DNA of 64,000 nucleotides from Octopus bimaculoides (GCF_001194135.2 NC_068984.1:103288273-103352272), one strand, 5' to 3'; counted from the stretch's first letter, positions 37,501-50,478 are shown. Notes: a model not told the origin generated them from the sequence alone. Made by a program: numbers and translations.

Positions 37501-39052
37501 AAGCTATCTTAATATAATTCTAATTTTGAGGCGTGATGGGTGGATCGATAATATCGACTCTAGTACTTCACTGGTATTTTATTTTATCTACTCGGAAAGG
37601 ATAGAAGGCAAAGCCAACCTCAGTGGATATTGAACTCAGAACGTAAAGAGCCGGAAGAAATTCCACAAAACATTTTGTCCGACGTGCTTACAATTCTGCT
37701 AGCTTATCGCTTTAAAAGCTATCTTAATATACTGTTTTCTTCTAAAGGCACACGTCCTGAAATTTGGGAAGAAGGGACTAGTCGATTACATCGATTGCAG
37801 TACTCAGCTGTCGACTTCGGCAATTTGAATCATAATAAAAACTGGATGAAATGTTGCCAAGCGTTTTGTCCAGCGTGCTAAAGATTCTACCAGTTGATCA
37901 CCTTCAGGTTCCTAATTTTAGCGCAAGGCCAGCAATTTTAGGAAAGAGCAATTTTAGTCGATTACATCAACCCAGAACTTAATTATTTTATCGATCACGA
38001 GAGGATGAAAGGCAAAGACGTCCTTGGCGCCATTTGAACTCAGAACGTAACGTAATGAAAGAGATACTGGTAAGAATTGTTGTCCAGCAAACTGACGATT
38101 CTGTCAGTCCCCCGCCTTAAGCTATCTTAATACAATCGTTTCAAATGTTGGTACAAGGGCAGCAATTTGGTGGGGTCAGGTTAGTTGATGTCATCGACCC
38201 CAGTGTTCAACTGGTACTTATTTTGTTAGTCCCAAAAAGATGAACGACAAAGTCGATCTCAGTGGAATTTGAACTCAGAGCGTAAAGATGAATGAAATGC
38301 CGCCAAGCATATTGTCCAGTGCGCTAACGATTCTGCCATTTGCTGCCTTATAAGGCTATCTTAATATAATTGTTTCAAATTTTGACACAAGGCCAGCAGT
38401 TTTGGAGGAGGGAGTAAATCGATTGCATTGACTCCAGTATTCAAGTGGTACCTATTTTATCAACCCCGAAAGGATGAAATGTAAAGTCGACCTCAGCAGG
38501 TTTTGAATTCAGAACATAAAGACGGACGAAATGCCACTAAACATTTTGCCCAGTGTGCTAAAAATTCTGCCAGCCTGCCGCTTTTAACTATAGGCACAAG
38601 GCCCGAAATTTGAGGGGAAGGAGCTAGTCGATTACATCGACCACAGTGCTCGAATGGTACTTATTTTATTGATCTCAAAAGGGTGAAAGGCAAAGTCAAC
38701 CGCGGTGGAATTTGAACTCAAAACGTAAAAACGGACGAAATGCCGCAATGCATTTTGTCCAGCGTAGTAACTATTATTCTCCCACACGCAGTCTTATAAG
38801 GCTTTCTTAATATAATGATTTCAGATGAGGCACAAGGCCATCAATTTCGGGGGAGAAGGTATGTCGATCGCATTGACCCCAGTACTCAACTGGTATTTAT
38901 TTTATCAACTCCGAAAAGTTGAAAGGCAAAGTCGACCTCGGTGAAATTTGAACTCAGAGCACAAAGACAGGCGTAATGCCGCTAAGTATTTTGTCCAGCG
39001 CGCTAAGTATCATTCTGCCACTCGCTCCCTTATAAGGCTATCTCAATATAAT
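37501..39052 (-). mobile_element. Array of seven S1 SINE copies punctuated by six copies of AA(G)GCTATCTTAATATAAT
   Basis: Motif starts at 37501, 37716, 38119, 38352, 38798 and 39034; one or two SINE bodies lie in each interval. Confidence 0.9.
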
Positions 39053-39591
39053 AAAAACTAATAATAGCTATTTTTATGCTTATATATTCCCCCCTTTTCT
39101 CTTAACACCGAGAAAATTTTATATTTTTTCTAAACTAAATATGTTACATTCAGCAGAAAATATTCCTTTCCATTCATAAAAAAGAGATAACATGCAACTG
39201 TTATATCTTTTTTTATTGTCAGCAGTAACTTGATAAATATAACGTTGCACATTGTAACTAACGCCATTGTTGATATCAGAGAAAATATAACCGCGGTTCT
39301 AGCATTAATAATAAAGGTTAGAAATTCAATAGGGAATTATCGAAAACAATATTCACCATATTATCAATGCGTGGCAATAACCATTAATTACTTCTGTTAC
39401 AAAATACAAAATACAAAATAATAGAAACAACAAATTTTATACAAAACCTTGCCAATATATTAAATGCATCGTATTGACCACAGACCTGTCCGCTTAGTTG
39501 CGACAACTGAAATCTGGAGTTGGAGAGCAAATCTACTGAAATTGCAATTATTGTACAAAATTTATTATTTATTTTCAAATGTATAATGCTT

Positions 39592-39760
39592 TAGAAGGCA
39601 ACGAGCTGGCAGAATCGTTAGCACGCTGGACAAAAATTCTTAGCGGCTCTTCATCCGGCTCTTTACGTTCTGAGTTCAAATCCGTTCGAGATCAACAAAA
39701 TAAAGTACCATCCAAATATTAGAGTAGATGTAATCAACTTAGCCCCTCCCTTCAAAATTA
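39592..39760 (+). mobile_element. S1 SINE, internally deleted
   Basis: GGCAACGAGCTGGCAGAATCGTTAGCACGC...GTTCTGAGTTCAAATCC. Confidence 0.8.
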
Positions 39761-39844
39761 CTTACATTGAACCCTGTAACGGACCGGTGTTCTATTCTGA
39801 GGGAATGGTGTGATCTCGGTCTTTCATACGCCATGGAAATACAG

Positions 39845-40164
39845 GTAATTGGATTTATGTTGTTGGCACTCCGTCGCTTACGACGTCGAGGGTTCCAGTT
39901 GATCCGATCAGCGGAACAGCTTGCTCGTGAGATTAACGTGCAAGTGGCTGAACACTCCTCAGACACTTGTACCCTTAACGTAGTTCTCGGGGATATTCAG
40001 CGTGACACAGTGTGACAAGGCTGACCCTTTGAATTACAGGCACAACAGAAACAGGAAGTAGGAGAAAGTTGTGGTGAAAGAGTACAGCAGGGTTCGCCAC
40101 CATCCCCTGCCGGAGCCTCGTGGAGTTTTAGGTGTTTTCGCTCAATAAATACTCACAATGCCCG
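39845..40164 (-). mobile_element. SINE-like interspersed repeat whose presumed head runs into the gap
   Basis: GC-richer block GGCACTCCGTCG...GTTCCAGTTGATCCG...GGGTTCGCCACCATCCCC...CTCACAATGCCCG; recalled as a common cephalopod SINE, so inference. Confidence 0.55.
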
Positions 40165-40725
40165 NNNNNNNNNNNNNNNNNNNNNNNNNNNNNNNNNNNN
40201 NNNNNNNNNNNNNNNNNNNNNNNNNNNNNNNNNNNNNNNNNNNNNNNNNNNNNNNNNNNNNNNNNNNNNNNNNNNNNNNNNNNNNNNNNNNNNNNNNNNN
40301 NNNNNNNNNNNNNNNNNNNNNNNNNNNNNNNNNNNNNNNNNNNNNNNNNNNNNNNNNNNNNNNNNNNNNNNNNNNNNNNNNNNNNNNNNNNNNNNNNNNN
40401 NNNNNNNNNNNNNNNNNNNNNNNNNNNNNNNNNNNNNNNNNNNNNNNNNNNNNNNNNNNNNNNNNNNNNNNNNNNNNNNNNNNNNNNNNNNNNNNNNNNN
40501 NNNNNNNNNNNNNNNNNNNNNNNNNNNNNNNNNNNNNNNNNNNNNNNNNNNNNNNNNNNNNNNNNNNNNNNNNNNNNNNNNNNNNNNNNNNNNNNNNNNN
40601 NNNNNNNNNNNNNNNNNNNNNNNNNNNNNNNNNNNNNNNNNNNNNNNNNNNNNNNNNNNNNNNNNNNNNNNNNNNNNNNNNNNNNNNNNNNNNNNNNNNN
40701 NNNNNNNNNNNNNNNNNNNNNNNNN

Positions 40726-40822
40726 GAAGAAGAAGAAGAAGAAGAAGAAGAAGAAGAAGAAGAAGAAGAAGAAGAAGAAGAAGAAGAAGAAGAAGAAGAA
40801 GAAGAAGAAGAAGAAGAAGAAA
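40726..40822. repeat. (GAA)n microsatellite at a gap edge
   Basis: Perfect run. Confidence 0.95.
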
Positions 40823-40919
40823 AAGAGCAGGAGGGGAATGAGGAGGTGGAAGAAGGAGGGAACAGTAGCAACAGAAATAGTTACAGTAGCAGGAGGTGAC
40901 AAATTCCGAAGAGTTCGCC

Positions 40920-41400
40920 ACTGTCCATATTTTTGTTTTTTGTTGTTTTTTCGTGAGCCTTTGGTGCCTTATTCTGCCAATTGTGCTGAAGTTCTTATCG
41001 AACCGTTATTGATATCTCTTAGTCTTGAATCAAATAGTTACCTCAGCAATATCTTAAAGTGTGAAAATTCAGCAGGACTACTTGTCATTCATTGATAAGT
41101 TATGCTATCGATAAGTTACTCTACTTTCAGAAAGTGAGTAACTGTCGAACCATTTAATGTCCGTTGCTCTTGAGTGCCGTAGACAAATTACTTACAATCT
41201 GATCTTTATTAGTATCATGCAATGGTATCAATCGATGGTACATCCAACATTCAAGTTCCTTTAATGTACTGATGAGCAGAACATCTTTGCGGTCGACTTA
41301 CGAAACAATGAGGTAATCAGCGAGAAAGACCAGTGTTTGAATTTAGGATTCAAAGATGATGTCTTCTTTTTGTCTTTCTGCTAAAAGACAATGTTGGTAG
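40920..41400 (-). mobile_element. Possible decayed Gypsy integrase fragment
   Basis: Only short remnants: KSNG and SPAE. Confidence 0.25.
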
Positions 41401-41609
41401 AGGTAAGGTCGTAATTTTCACGCGAAAAGGAGATGTGATGCGACTGATGTTAGGTTTACTAACACCAAGGACCAATAATTCGAGAGAGCGAGAGAGAGAG
41501 AGATAAAAGCAAAGAAATAAGCAAATAAAAAGGAAGAATGGATCCGTGCTTAATAGGTATTTTATTTATCGACCCCGAAAGTATAAAAGTTAAAGTTGAC
41601 TTCTGCATA

Positions 41610-41647
<38 letters not shown>

Positions 41648-41689
41648 TTGATCGCTAAATACACAAGTTTGTTTTTTATATTCTTTCTC

Positions 41690-41810
41690 TGTTTATTTCC
41701 TCGTGTTCCTTTCTGTTGAAGAGGGTAGCCTCGAAACGTACGTCAAACAAATACACTTGTTTGTTTATACACCTGTCTTCCTCTTTTGTTTTTCTGTAAA
41801 TTTAAACTAT
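41690..41810 (+). mobile_element. Solo Penelope-type terminal repeat with a hammerhead-like motif
   Basis: CTGTTGA-A-GAGG-GTAG-CCTC-GAAAC-GTAC-GTC; related to 49316-49460 on the minus strand. Confidence 0.6.
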
Positions 41811-42794
41811 ATATATATCCTATATATATCATATATTCAATGTTACATAGGTGACTCAAGGACTGAGAGTTTTATGCATTCCACTTAAATATGTACATGA
41901 GTATCACATACGTATACATACGTACATACGTATGAATACATATATGATTATCTCTATATAACGTTACTAATCCATACAAGTAGTATGAATATATGTATGT
42001 ATGTTTTTCTTTGAGTTTTATTTAAGTTCTTCGTGGCAGAGTTCAAACCGGTCTCTAACAAAGTGACAAGACTTTTTCAGTTAAGAGGGTTCACGGTGTT
42101 TGTAAATGTGTGGTTAAGTTGGTGTGTAGGTTGAGCTGTCGGTGCATGCATCTAAGTGTGTGCATCTGTTCACTAAAGAATCTCATAGGCAAAATTTTTG
42201 GAATGTCTTAGGTATTTTCTGTGCTTATAATAGATTGGATTTAGATCATCCACGTCAGTTCCTTTTGCTTTCTCTCCGTGGAACCGAGTAATTCTAGTTT
42301 TTTGTGCAAATTTGTTGGTATATAAACGAATTTGTATGTATGTACGTAAGTATGTACGTAAGCATGTACCTACTTTGTGTAGCTTATAATGTATTTCTTG
42401 AAAATTTAATCAATACCTAAACACAAAAATGCTTCTAGTGTAAATATCAATTATCCATTGTGTCCTATTTTCCTAAGATGGTAAGGAGTAATTGGTGGGC
42501 GGTGCAAATTGGTGTTATTTTTACGATATTCTGCAATTGAATAGAAACCCCTTCATTTGTTTGTTTAATGTGCCCGTTCGTGATAGCTATTTCTAGCAGG
42601 TCAAGATCCACGTAGAGACTTCGTCGTAAGCCCCCCAACCCTAGAATGTGTTTTATGTTGTTTCTATTGTAAAATTATTGGCGTTTTCTGCATTAGCATT
42701 TGTTTCCTTTTGCTTTTGCTTTTTTCTCTCTGACACGCAAACTAACATTTTCACTATCTGACTAATAAAAATAAATATAGAAAAAGCTGAATTG

Positions 42795-43006
42795 GGCGCA
42801 AGGCGTTGTTGTGTAATAAAAAGTTTGCTTCTGAACCACATGGCTTCGGGTTCGCTCCCACGGCATGGCACCTTAAGCAAGTGTCTTCATTATAACCTCG
42901 AGTTGCCCAAGGCATTGTGAATGGATTTGGTAGACAGTAACTGAAAGAAGCCCATCGTGTATATGTATATGCATGTATGTGTGTGTGTGTGTGTGTGTGT
43001 GTGCAT

Positions 43007-43050
<44 letters not shown>

Positions 43051-43410
43051 GTATACACACACATATATATACTCACACATATATATATACACACACACAC
43101 ATATGTGTATATATATATATGTATGCAAGTATGTGCGTATATATATGTTTGTGTGTGTGTGCGCGCGCGTGCGTATGTATATGCGCGTATATGTGTGTTT
43201 GCCTTGGTTGTTGTTGTCCCCTGTCATTGCTTGATAACAGGTGCCGGTTTGTTTGTGTCCCCGTAGCTTATCGGTTCGGCAAAAGAAAACAATAGAATGA
43301 CTACCAGACACTTTAAAAAGTAAGCACTGGGATCAATGCATTCGACTAAAACACTTCAGTGCAGTGCCCCAGCATGGCCGCAGTCCAATAACTGAAACAA
43401 GCAAATGATA
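42795..43410 (+). mobile_element. S2 SINE (head, microsatellite, tail)
   Basis: Head 42795-42960; tail ...CCCCAGCATGGCCGCAGTC..ACTGAAACAAG. Confidence 0.8.
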
Positions 43411-43809
43411 AACGATATTGTAAGGAATTTGCTTTTAGCTATTGTGTCTTTGCTGGTGACGAGGCAAATAAAGAAGATATTTATTTCCTTTTTACCTCTT
43501 TTTTTCTCTCTCTCTCTCTGCTATAAAATCTAATGCCAGAACGAATTGCGTTTCAAAATACATTACAACTCAATCTTGAGTCTAAACACATTCTATGTTA
43601 ATTTTATTGGTCTCTTATACTAGATCTTTAATTCTTTTCTAATATTCTCGCTTTCCAAATACAATTATTTTTTAAAGTATTATGTTCCAATTTTAATTAT
43701 ACACAATGTCATTCCTACAGATTCTATCGCTACTGTTATAATATCGATCTTCTGCAAGTAAACGTATTGAGATCTTGATACTCTTAACAGTTTTTGTTCC
43801 TTATTTTTT

Positions 43810-43960
<151 letters not shown>

Positions 43961-46900
43961 CTGTTGTTTAAATTATTTTTGCTTCTGGACTATTTCACGC
44001 ATCTTGCAGCTCCGTAATTTTAAAAAGAAAATTTGATGTCGGTTTGTCATTTATATTTCGCTGCGCATTCTGTTTTGGAGATGGTTACCAGGAGAGTTGT
44101 GTTTAGTTTATTTTTCCGAACCATAAAACAGCCGACACAAATTGAAAGTATATATTTGTTGAAAACTTATTTTAAATCATTATCAAATTTACGAAATGGT
44201 TACGCGTGAGTAAGATATAGGAATAACGAAAGAACACGTAAGGGAAGAGAGAGAGAGAGGAAGAGGACAGAGAAGAACTGGGGAAAAATTGACTTTCGTT
44301 TTACAAACAGAGGTTTCAATCCCTTCGTTCAAAATCCAGAGGAAATATATTAACAACGGCAAAGCAAACAAACAGCTCTGTTTCATCACAGCTCACCATG
44401 ACGACAGCAATAACAACAGACACAGCATGTTCTTCAGTAATAGCAGCAACAACAATGTGCCCAACAATAAACAACAACATCGACAATTATACGACAACTA
44501 CCGTCAACAGTCTGAGAATGTAACAAGAGAGACGATTGCCTGCAGCTGTGCCTCCATCATTGCCCTGGTTACCACCAAAAACAACATTTTTGCCACTACC
44601 ATCACCACCAACATCAACAAGTCAATGCCGTTTGCCAAATCTACGAAATCGTGGGTGAAGCATTCGTTTGCGGTGAAAGAAAAATTCAGGCAGAATGTCA
44701 AGGACTGCATAACACAATCTGCTTCTCACTGCCAGGGAAAGTAAAATATAATAATTTTTTTTTAAACTCCAAAAGTAGTATTTACTCCAGTAGATGGAGA
44801 AGATGTATGAAAGACAAGTGGAATCCTATATAGCACGCCAGAAACGGAAGTCAATATGGAGCAAACATGCACGTCTTACTCCTTCGAAAGTATTTATTAA
44901 TTCCATCCTCTTTAAAAACAGCGAATAATCAAGGCAACGCTAAAAAATTGTGTCACCTGAGATAAACGCCAAATATTTTATCTTGGAAATTAGTGGCGTT
45001 GTCAGCTAGACAACCCAATAATTTATCAAAACGAACTTGAAGTATAAATAAGAATTTGAGTGAAGAGTACGAGGCCTAGGTATTACATATGCAGTAGCAC
45101 CAACCACCAGAAGGCATTCGACCCTCACGCGGGAGAGGTGAAAACCTCCTTGCTGCCAATATCACAAACACATCAACATGAGCAACATCAATAATAGCAG
45201 CAAAAACCAAAACCACAAAAATCTCTCAGAAGGGTCCCCACCAAAAAATATGCAGCAGCACAAACGACACATATATGTATCAATTAACTCTCTAACACCC
45301 ATCTCCGAAATTTCATTAATTAGTGAAGGAGAAGAAAGAGAGGGACACTAATAACAAACCAGTTTCTTGAGATCAGTCTGGAACGAGCTCTTTTGGAAAC
45401 ATTGATGTCTCGGGATATAGCTCAGCTCCCTGAACCCTGGTGCTAAGCTGGTTATCCTGACACAATTCCCACAACCACTCTCTCGGCCACTTTAGGAGAT
45501 TGTCCTACTCGCTAGCGCCAGTGGGTGACGGGAATAACGTCTTGCCTGCACGTTGGGATTATGGCGTAGGGGTTGCCGATAAGAGATATAAGCAATGTAT
45601 GAATTTGTGCTAAACACGGTCAGGCTGGCAGTGCGGAGAGGAACATCGAGGATTGATACAAATGCTACTCTCGACGACGACGATGATGATGATGTCGACG
45701 GCGGCGGCGGCGGTGGTGGTGGTGTAGCAGCATCACCACCACCACCCTCACCACCACCACCATCATCACCACCACCAATATCATCACCACTACCACCACC
45801 AGCACCAGCACCAGCAACATCATCATCTCCGCACCGTTTATGTCTCAAAAATACTAATGACGTCGTTTCGTCTTCTGTACCGGTGGCCGCTAAGGTGTGG
45901 GATCCAGTATTGAAAGGTCTTTACCTGTAGACAGACTCATTCAACGACCCATCATTTCAACCATTCGTCTTCCGTCTATGTGGTGATAATGTAATCTGAA
46001 AACAAGTGCTAGCCTGTGTGGATGGAATCAAAACAGCGCTCAAAGGTGACTGACCAAGATTAAAAGCCGCTGATATAGTTTAGCAACACACCTGACTAGT
46101 ACACTTTCTGAATATTTCGCTTTTCACCAGAAAGATTTTGCCTTTTTACACTTTTGCTTCAAATTAACATTCGCACCTGCCACAACTACACACACACGCA
46201 CACACACATATACTCACACACACACAGTATACAGATTTTAAAGAAAATAATTTTAGTGGAAGAAAGATATTTACGAATATAAAAATGAGATTATAAACCT
46301 AACTAAATTCTTTCTTTTGAATTCAATTAATAAACAAAATTTATATTTCGTTTATCCCTTATATCATTTTATTATCCTACACTTTGTCATCCTACTTTTT
46401 TACAACTATTTTCTCGCTCATTCCTGTTTGGTTCTTTCTAGTTTAAGTTTCTCTTCCTTATCTTTTGAAACGTGTCTCCCCATTGTTTTTATTCCTCTCA
46501 AATTAAGTTCCACCGATATAATTCACCTTTCGCTTCTGTCAACGGTTTCTCTGGAATTACAGATTTGAGCTAGTCCATCTGTACGGCCACATAGGCCACG
46601 TGAATTACATAGGCCACATGGATGAAGACATGGCTATGAAGGTCACATAGATGAATACAAATTTTAAACACAGACTTCCCAAACATTTTCAGTCGCTATT
46701 TTCTTATTTATACTCTCGAAAATTATGTTCCTCGTGTATTGTGGAAATATTCTGTTTACTGATAGTTTTAACAACCTTCTGTTTATCGATCCAAACGCAT
46801 ATGGAATGAACTGTAAACTTCCATGTCATCATTATTTTACATCATTCCTTTGGAAATGCTCTGTTCTTTTTACTTTTATTTCTTATCGATTTTTACGTAT

Positions 46901-47207
46901 ACTATGTCATAATTTGTATTAACATCGTGTAATGTTACCCATTTGCGTTTCAGATAGCACAAACTAACGTCCTGCTTTATTCAATTCTAATAGCTGCTTT
47001 TGAAATTTTGCTTTTCATAAGCAAACTTTGTCCATCATGTATTTTCTGTATCTTAATGTTACAAACCATTCTGCATCGGCTTTTGATAAAATACAGTTAA
47101 AAATACATTTATAGTATATTTATAGCTTTGGTTTGATAAATCGGGCGTAGTTATGGACCTTTCAGAGAAAAAAGATATAAATTTTAACTAAATGTTTGTG
47201 TGTTTGT

Positions 47208-47245
<38 letters not shown>

Positions 47246-47504
47246 CCCTTGTATCCTTAACTGCTGCTCCAACTTACACAAACACACATCTAAATATATG
47301 TTAAACGGTAAATATGTATTTTTGTGTGTACGTGTCTGTATGTGTGTGTAATACATGTTTGTATGTATGTATGTATGTATGTATGTATGTATGTATGAAA
47401 AGAACAGAATCAAACTGAAATTTGCTTCTAGACCGGGAATCATTCTCAGATCCAGAACACAGAACTGCTGTTGTCGGCAGTGAATTAAGCAGGTATAATA
47501 TTCT

Positions 47505-47720
47505 TTTCTACTCAAGGAACAAGGCCCGAAATTTTTGGGGAAAGGGGGCCAGTCGATTAGATCGACTCCTATACACAACTGGTACTTAATTTATCGACCC
47601 CGAAAGGTATGAAAGGCAAAGTCGACCTCGGTGGAATTTGAATTCAGAATGTAAAGACATACGAAATACCGCTGGGCATTTCGCCCGGCGTGATAACGAT
47701 TCTGCCAGTTCGCCGCCTTA
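47505..47720 (-). mobile_element. S1 SINE, AAGGCCCGAAATTT tail subtype
   Basis: Full motif set ending GTTCGCCGCCTTAA on the plus strand. Confidence 0.85.
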
Positions 47721-47744
47721 AGTAGGTATAATATTGACATAGAC

Positions 47745-48000
47745 GCACTCTCCGAAAACGGTCCTAATGATGAAGATCATCTTTCAGAGAGGGCTGCTGG
47801 ATACACGTTCTTCTAATAGAAGAAATCGAGTGGAGAGAAACGGAAAAGAGGAGTGGGTTTTGGTGTCCGAACAAAGGTTTGGCAGCCGAAGCAAGGTAAT
47901 CGAATTATGCACTTGAGGGTTCTTCTGTCATGCGGGCGTTTCATGACTGTGATTTCAGTATATGCTTCTACTCTGGATAGTACCCAAGAATCGATTATAA
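47745..48000 (+). mobile_element. RTE-BovB-like LINE apurinic endonuclease fragment
   Basis: GYTFF, RGVGFGVRT, NRIMHLRVLL..GRFMTVISVYASTL. Confidence 0.75.
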
Positions 48001-48169
48001 CTTCTTTTTTTTTTTTTTTTTTTTTCAAGATTTACGGGGATTACATCAATTCTACGTACTACTTGAAAATATTAATACACTTGTAGGCAGTGACCTACAT
48101 GGAATAAATAAAATCATAACATAACCAATTAAATATAAGAAATAATAATTTCTTAAAGTATGCATTAAT

Positions 48170-48202
48170 CCCCATGTACCCAGACTTTGTGGACACCCTG
48201 TA
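48170..48202. mobile_element. Isolated Tc1/mariner-like TIR end
   Basis: GGACACCCTGTA is the reverse complement of TACAGGGTGTCC; partner end not seen. Confidence 0.3.
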
Positions 48203-48289
48203 GATACGCACAAAGTTTAAGCATGGACATATGTTGGATTATATCATTACCAAAAAGATTATTTGTTCTGTAAGAGTGGTCCAGAATGT

Positions 48290-48870
48290 TCCACAGATCA
48301 CAGATTTGTACCATAGTAAGGTGAGAATGCAAATCAGAAGAAAAGTGTGAGCAGCAGAGATCAAAATGCCAAAACACATAGATGTGCTTAAACTACAAAG
48401 TTCAGAAACGCGAGATGATCTTCATAATACACTTGATAACATTATCTTTGATAGAAGTTATGGTCAGTTCAAATACTACTTAACAATGCTGGAGCTGATG
48501 CACTAGGTCTCAAGAAAACAGAACAACGAAACTGATTTGATAGGCGCTTTGAAAAGAAGAACAAGTTAGATGAGAAATACCTTGATGCAGAAGAACCAGT
48601 ACTGGTATTTCTTTCATTTCTTTTAAAGCTTCAAGAAATGTAATAAGAAACTCGTAAGGTGAAGAATAGCTGGTGGTTTGAAGTTCCAGTGAAAATGCAG
48701 GAAACTTATAACTGTGGAAATTTAAAAGCGTTGTACAGCACAATAAAGTAACTTTGCAACCCGCAGTCTTTAAAAGTGGCACCGTTCAAGTCAAAAGATA
48801 GATGCACCCTCATTAGAGATCTAACAGAAATCATGAAACGATAGCCTGAACACATTAAAATGTTATATAC
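48290..48870 (+). mobile_element. RTE-BovB-like LINE linker region between EN and RT, decayed
   Basis: Remnants collinear with, and in the same orientation as, the 47745 fragment. Confidence 0.45.
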
Positions 48871-49315
48871 ACACACACACACACACACACATATATACAT
48901 ATATATATATAAATACATATATATACATAAATACATACATATATATGCATACATACATACATATATATGCATACATGCATACATACATATATATACATNN
49001 NNNNNNNNNNNNNNNNNNNNNNNNNNNNNNNNNNNNNNNNNNNNNNNNNNNNNNNNNNNNNNNNNNNNNNNNNNNNNNNNNNNNNNNNNNNNNNNNNNNN
49101 NNNNNNNNNNNNNNNNNNNNNNNNNNNNNNNNNNNNNNNNNNNNNNNNNNNNNNNNNNNNNNNNNNNNNNNNNNNNNNNNNNNNNNNNNNNNNNNNNNNN
49201 NNNNNNNNNNNNNNNNNNNNNNNNNNNNNNNNNNNNNNNNNNNNNNNNNNNNNNNNNNNNNNNNNNNNNNNNNNNNNNNNNNNNNNNATATATATATGTA
49301 TGTATGTATGTATAT

Positions 49316-49821
49316 ATTGAGAATTCACCAAAAAAATCAAAAGACGGAGATAGGTGGTGTAGACAACAAACAGATGTATTAGTTTGACGCTTGGGAAGAG
49401 AAAAAGTCTTTAACGTTTTGAACCTACGCTCTTCCACAGAAAGGAACACAGAAAGAAACAAGGAGAAAAAATAAAGAATGTGTAATGGCTAGCGATCTAT
49501 CATGGCGAATGCTGGACAGAAGGGTTACACAGGAGAGCTATGAAGAACGGGAGATAATAAAGTAGTGGTGATCCCAAAACGAAGCGGCATCCCGTTTTCC
49601 CGATGTATAGAGAAGGGCACAGAGAGAGCAGGAGATGCAGTAGATGACATTGGTAGAAGTGCAGGTGAAGGAGTCGGTGATGTGATAGGGTCGACGATGG
49701 ATGCCGGTGAGGAGGGTGGTGTTGGAGAGGTAAGGACAAGTGCGGCAGCGTGGGCGGGAGCAGGGTTGGGAGGTTGGTTTAGGGAAGAATCTGTGGACCA
49801 AGAGGTCTCGGAGGTAGTGGG
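49316..49821 (-). mobile_element. 3' end of a Penelope-like element: GIY-YIG endonuclease plus terminal repeat
   Basis: PCSRPRCRTCP..FTCTSTNVIYCISCSLC and, frameshifted, LYIGKTG; then a terminal repeat with CTGTGGAAGAGCGTAGGTTCAAAACG. The upstream part is in a gap. Confidence 0.85.
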
Positions 49822-50478
49822 NNNNNNNNNNNNNNNNNNNNNNNNNNNNNNNNNNNNNNNNNNNNNNNNNNNNNNNNNNNNNNNNNNNNNNNNNNNNNNN
49901 NNNNNNNNNNNNNNNNNNNNNNNNNNNNNNNNNNNNNNNNNNNNNNNNNNNNNNNNNNNNNNNNNNNNNNNNNNNNNNNNNNNNNNNNNNNNNNNNNNNN
50001 NNNNNNNNNNNNNNNNNNNNNNNNNNNNNNNNNNNNNNNNNNNNNNNNNNNNNNNNNNNNNNNNNNNNNNNNNNNNNNNNNNNNNNNNNNNNNNNNNNNN
50101 NNNNNNNNNNNNNNNNNNNNNNNNNNNNNNNNNNNNNNNNNNNNNNNNNNNNNNNNNNNNNNNNNNNNNNNNNNNNNNNNNNNNNNNNNNNNNNNNNNNN
50201 NNNNNNNNNNNNNNNNNNNNNNNNNNNNNNNNNNNNNNNNNNNNNNNNNNNNNNNNNNNNNNNNNNNNNNNNNNNNNNNNNNNNNNNNNNNNNNNNNNNN
50301 NNNNNNNNNNNNNNNNNNNNNNNNNNNNNNNNNNNNNNNNNNNNNNNNNNNNNNNNNNNNNNNNNNNNNNNNNNNNNNNNNNNNNNNNNNNNNNNNNNNN
50401 NNNNNNNNNNNNATATATATGCATATATATATACATATACATATATACATATATATATATATAGAGAGAGAGAGAGAC

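Noticed and set aside
37501-39052. CRISPR array
   Set aside because: The intervals are 200-430 bp homologous SINEs rather than unique 30-40 bp spacers; there are no cas genes and the context is eukaryotic.
40128-40921. Long poly-E/S/L/F/R ORFs, and other X-containing ORFs
   Set aside because: They run through N-gaps and (GAA)n; not evidence of coding.
45925-45995. Coding exon on the minus strand
   Set aside because: Good splice signals but stop codons in all three frames.
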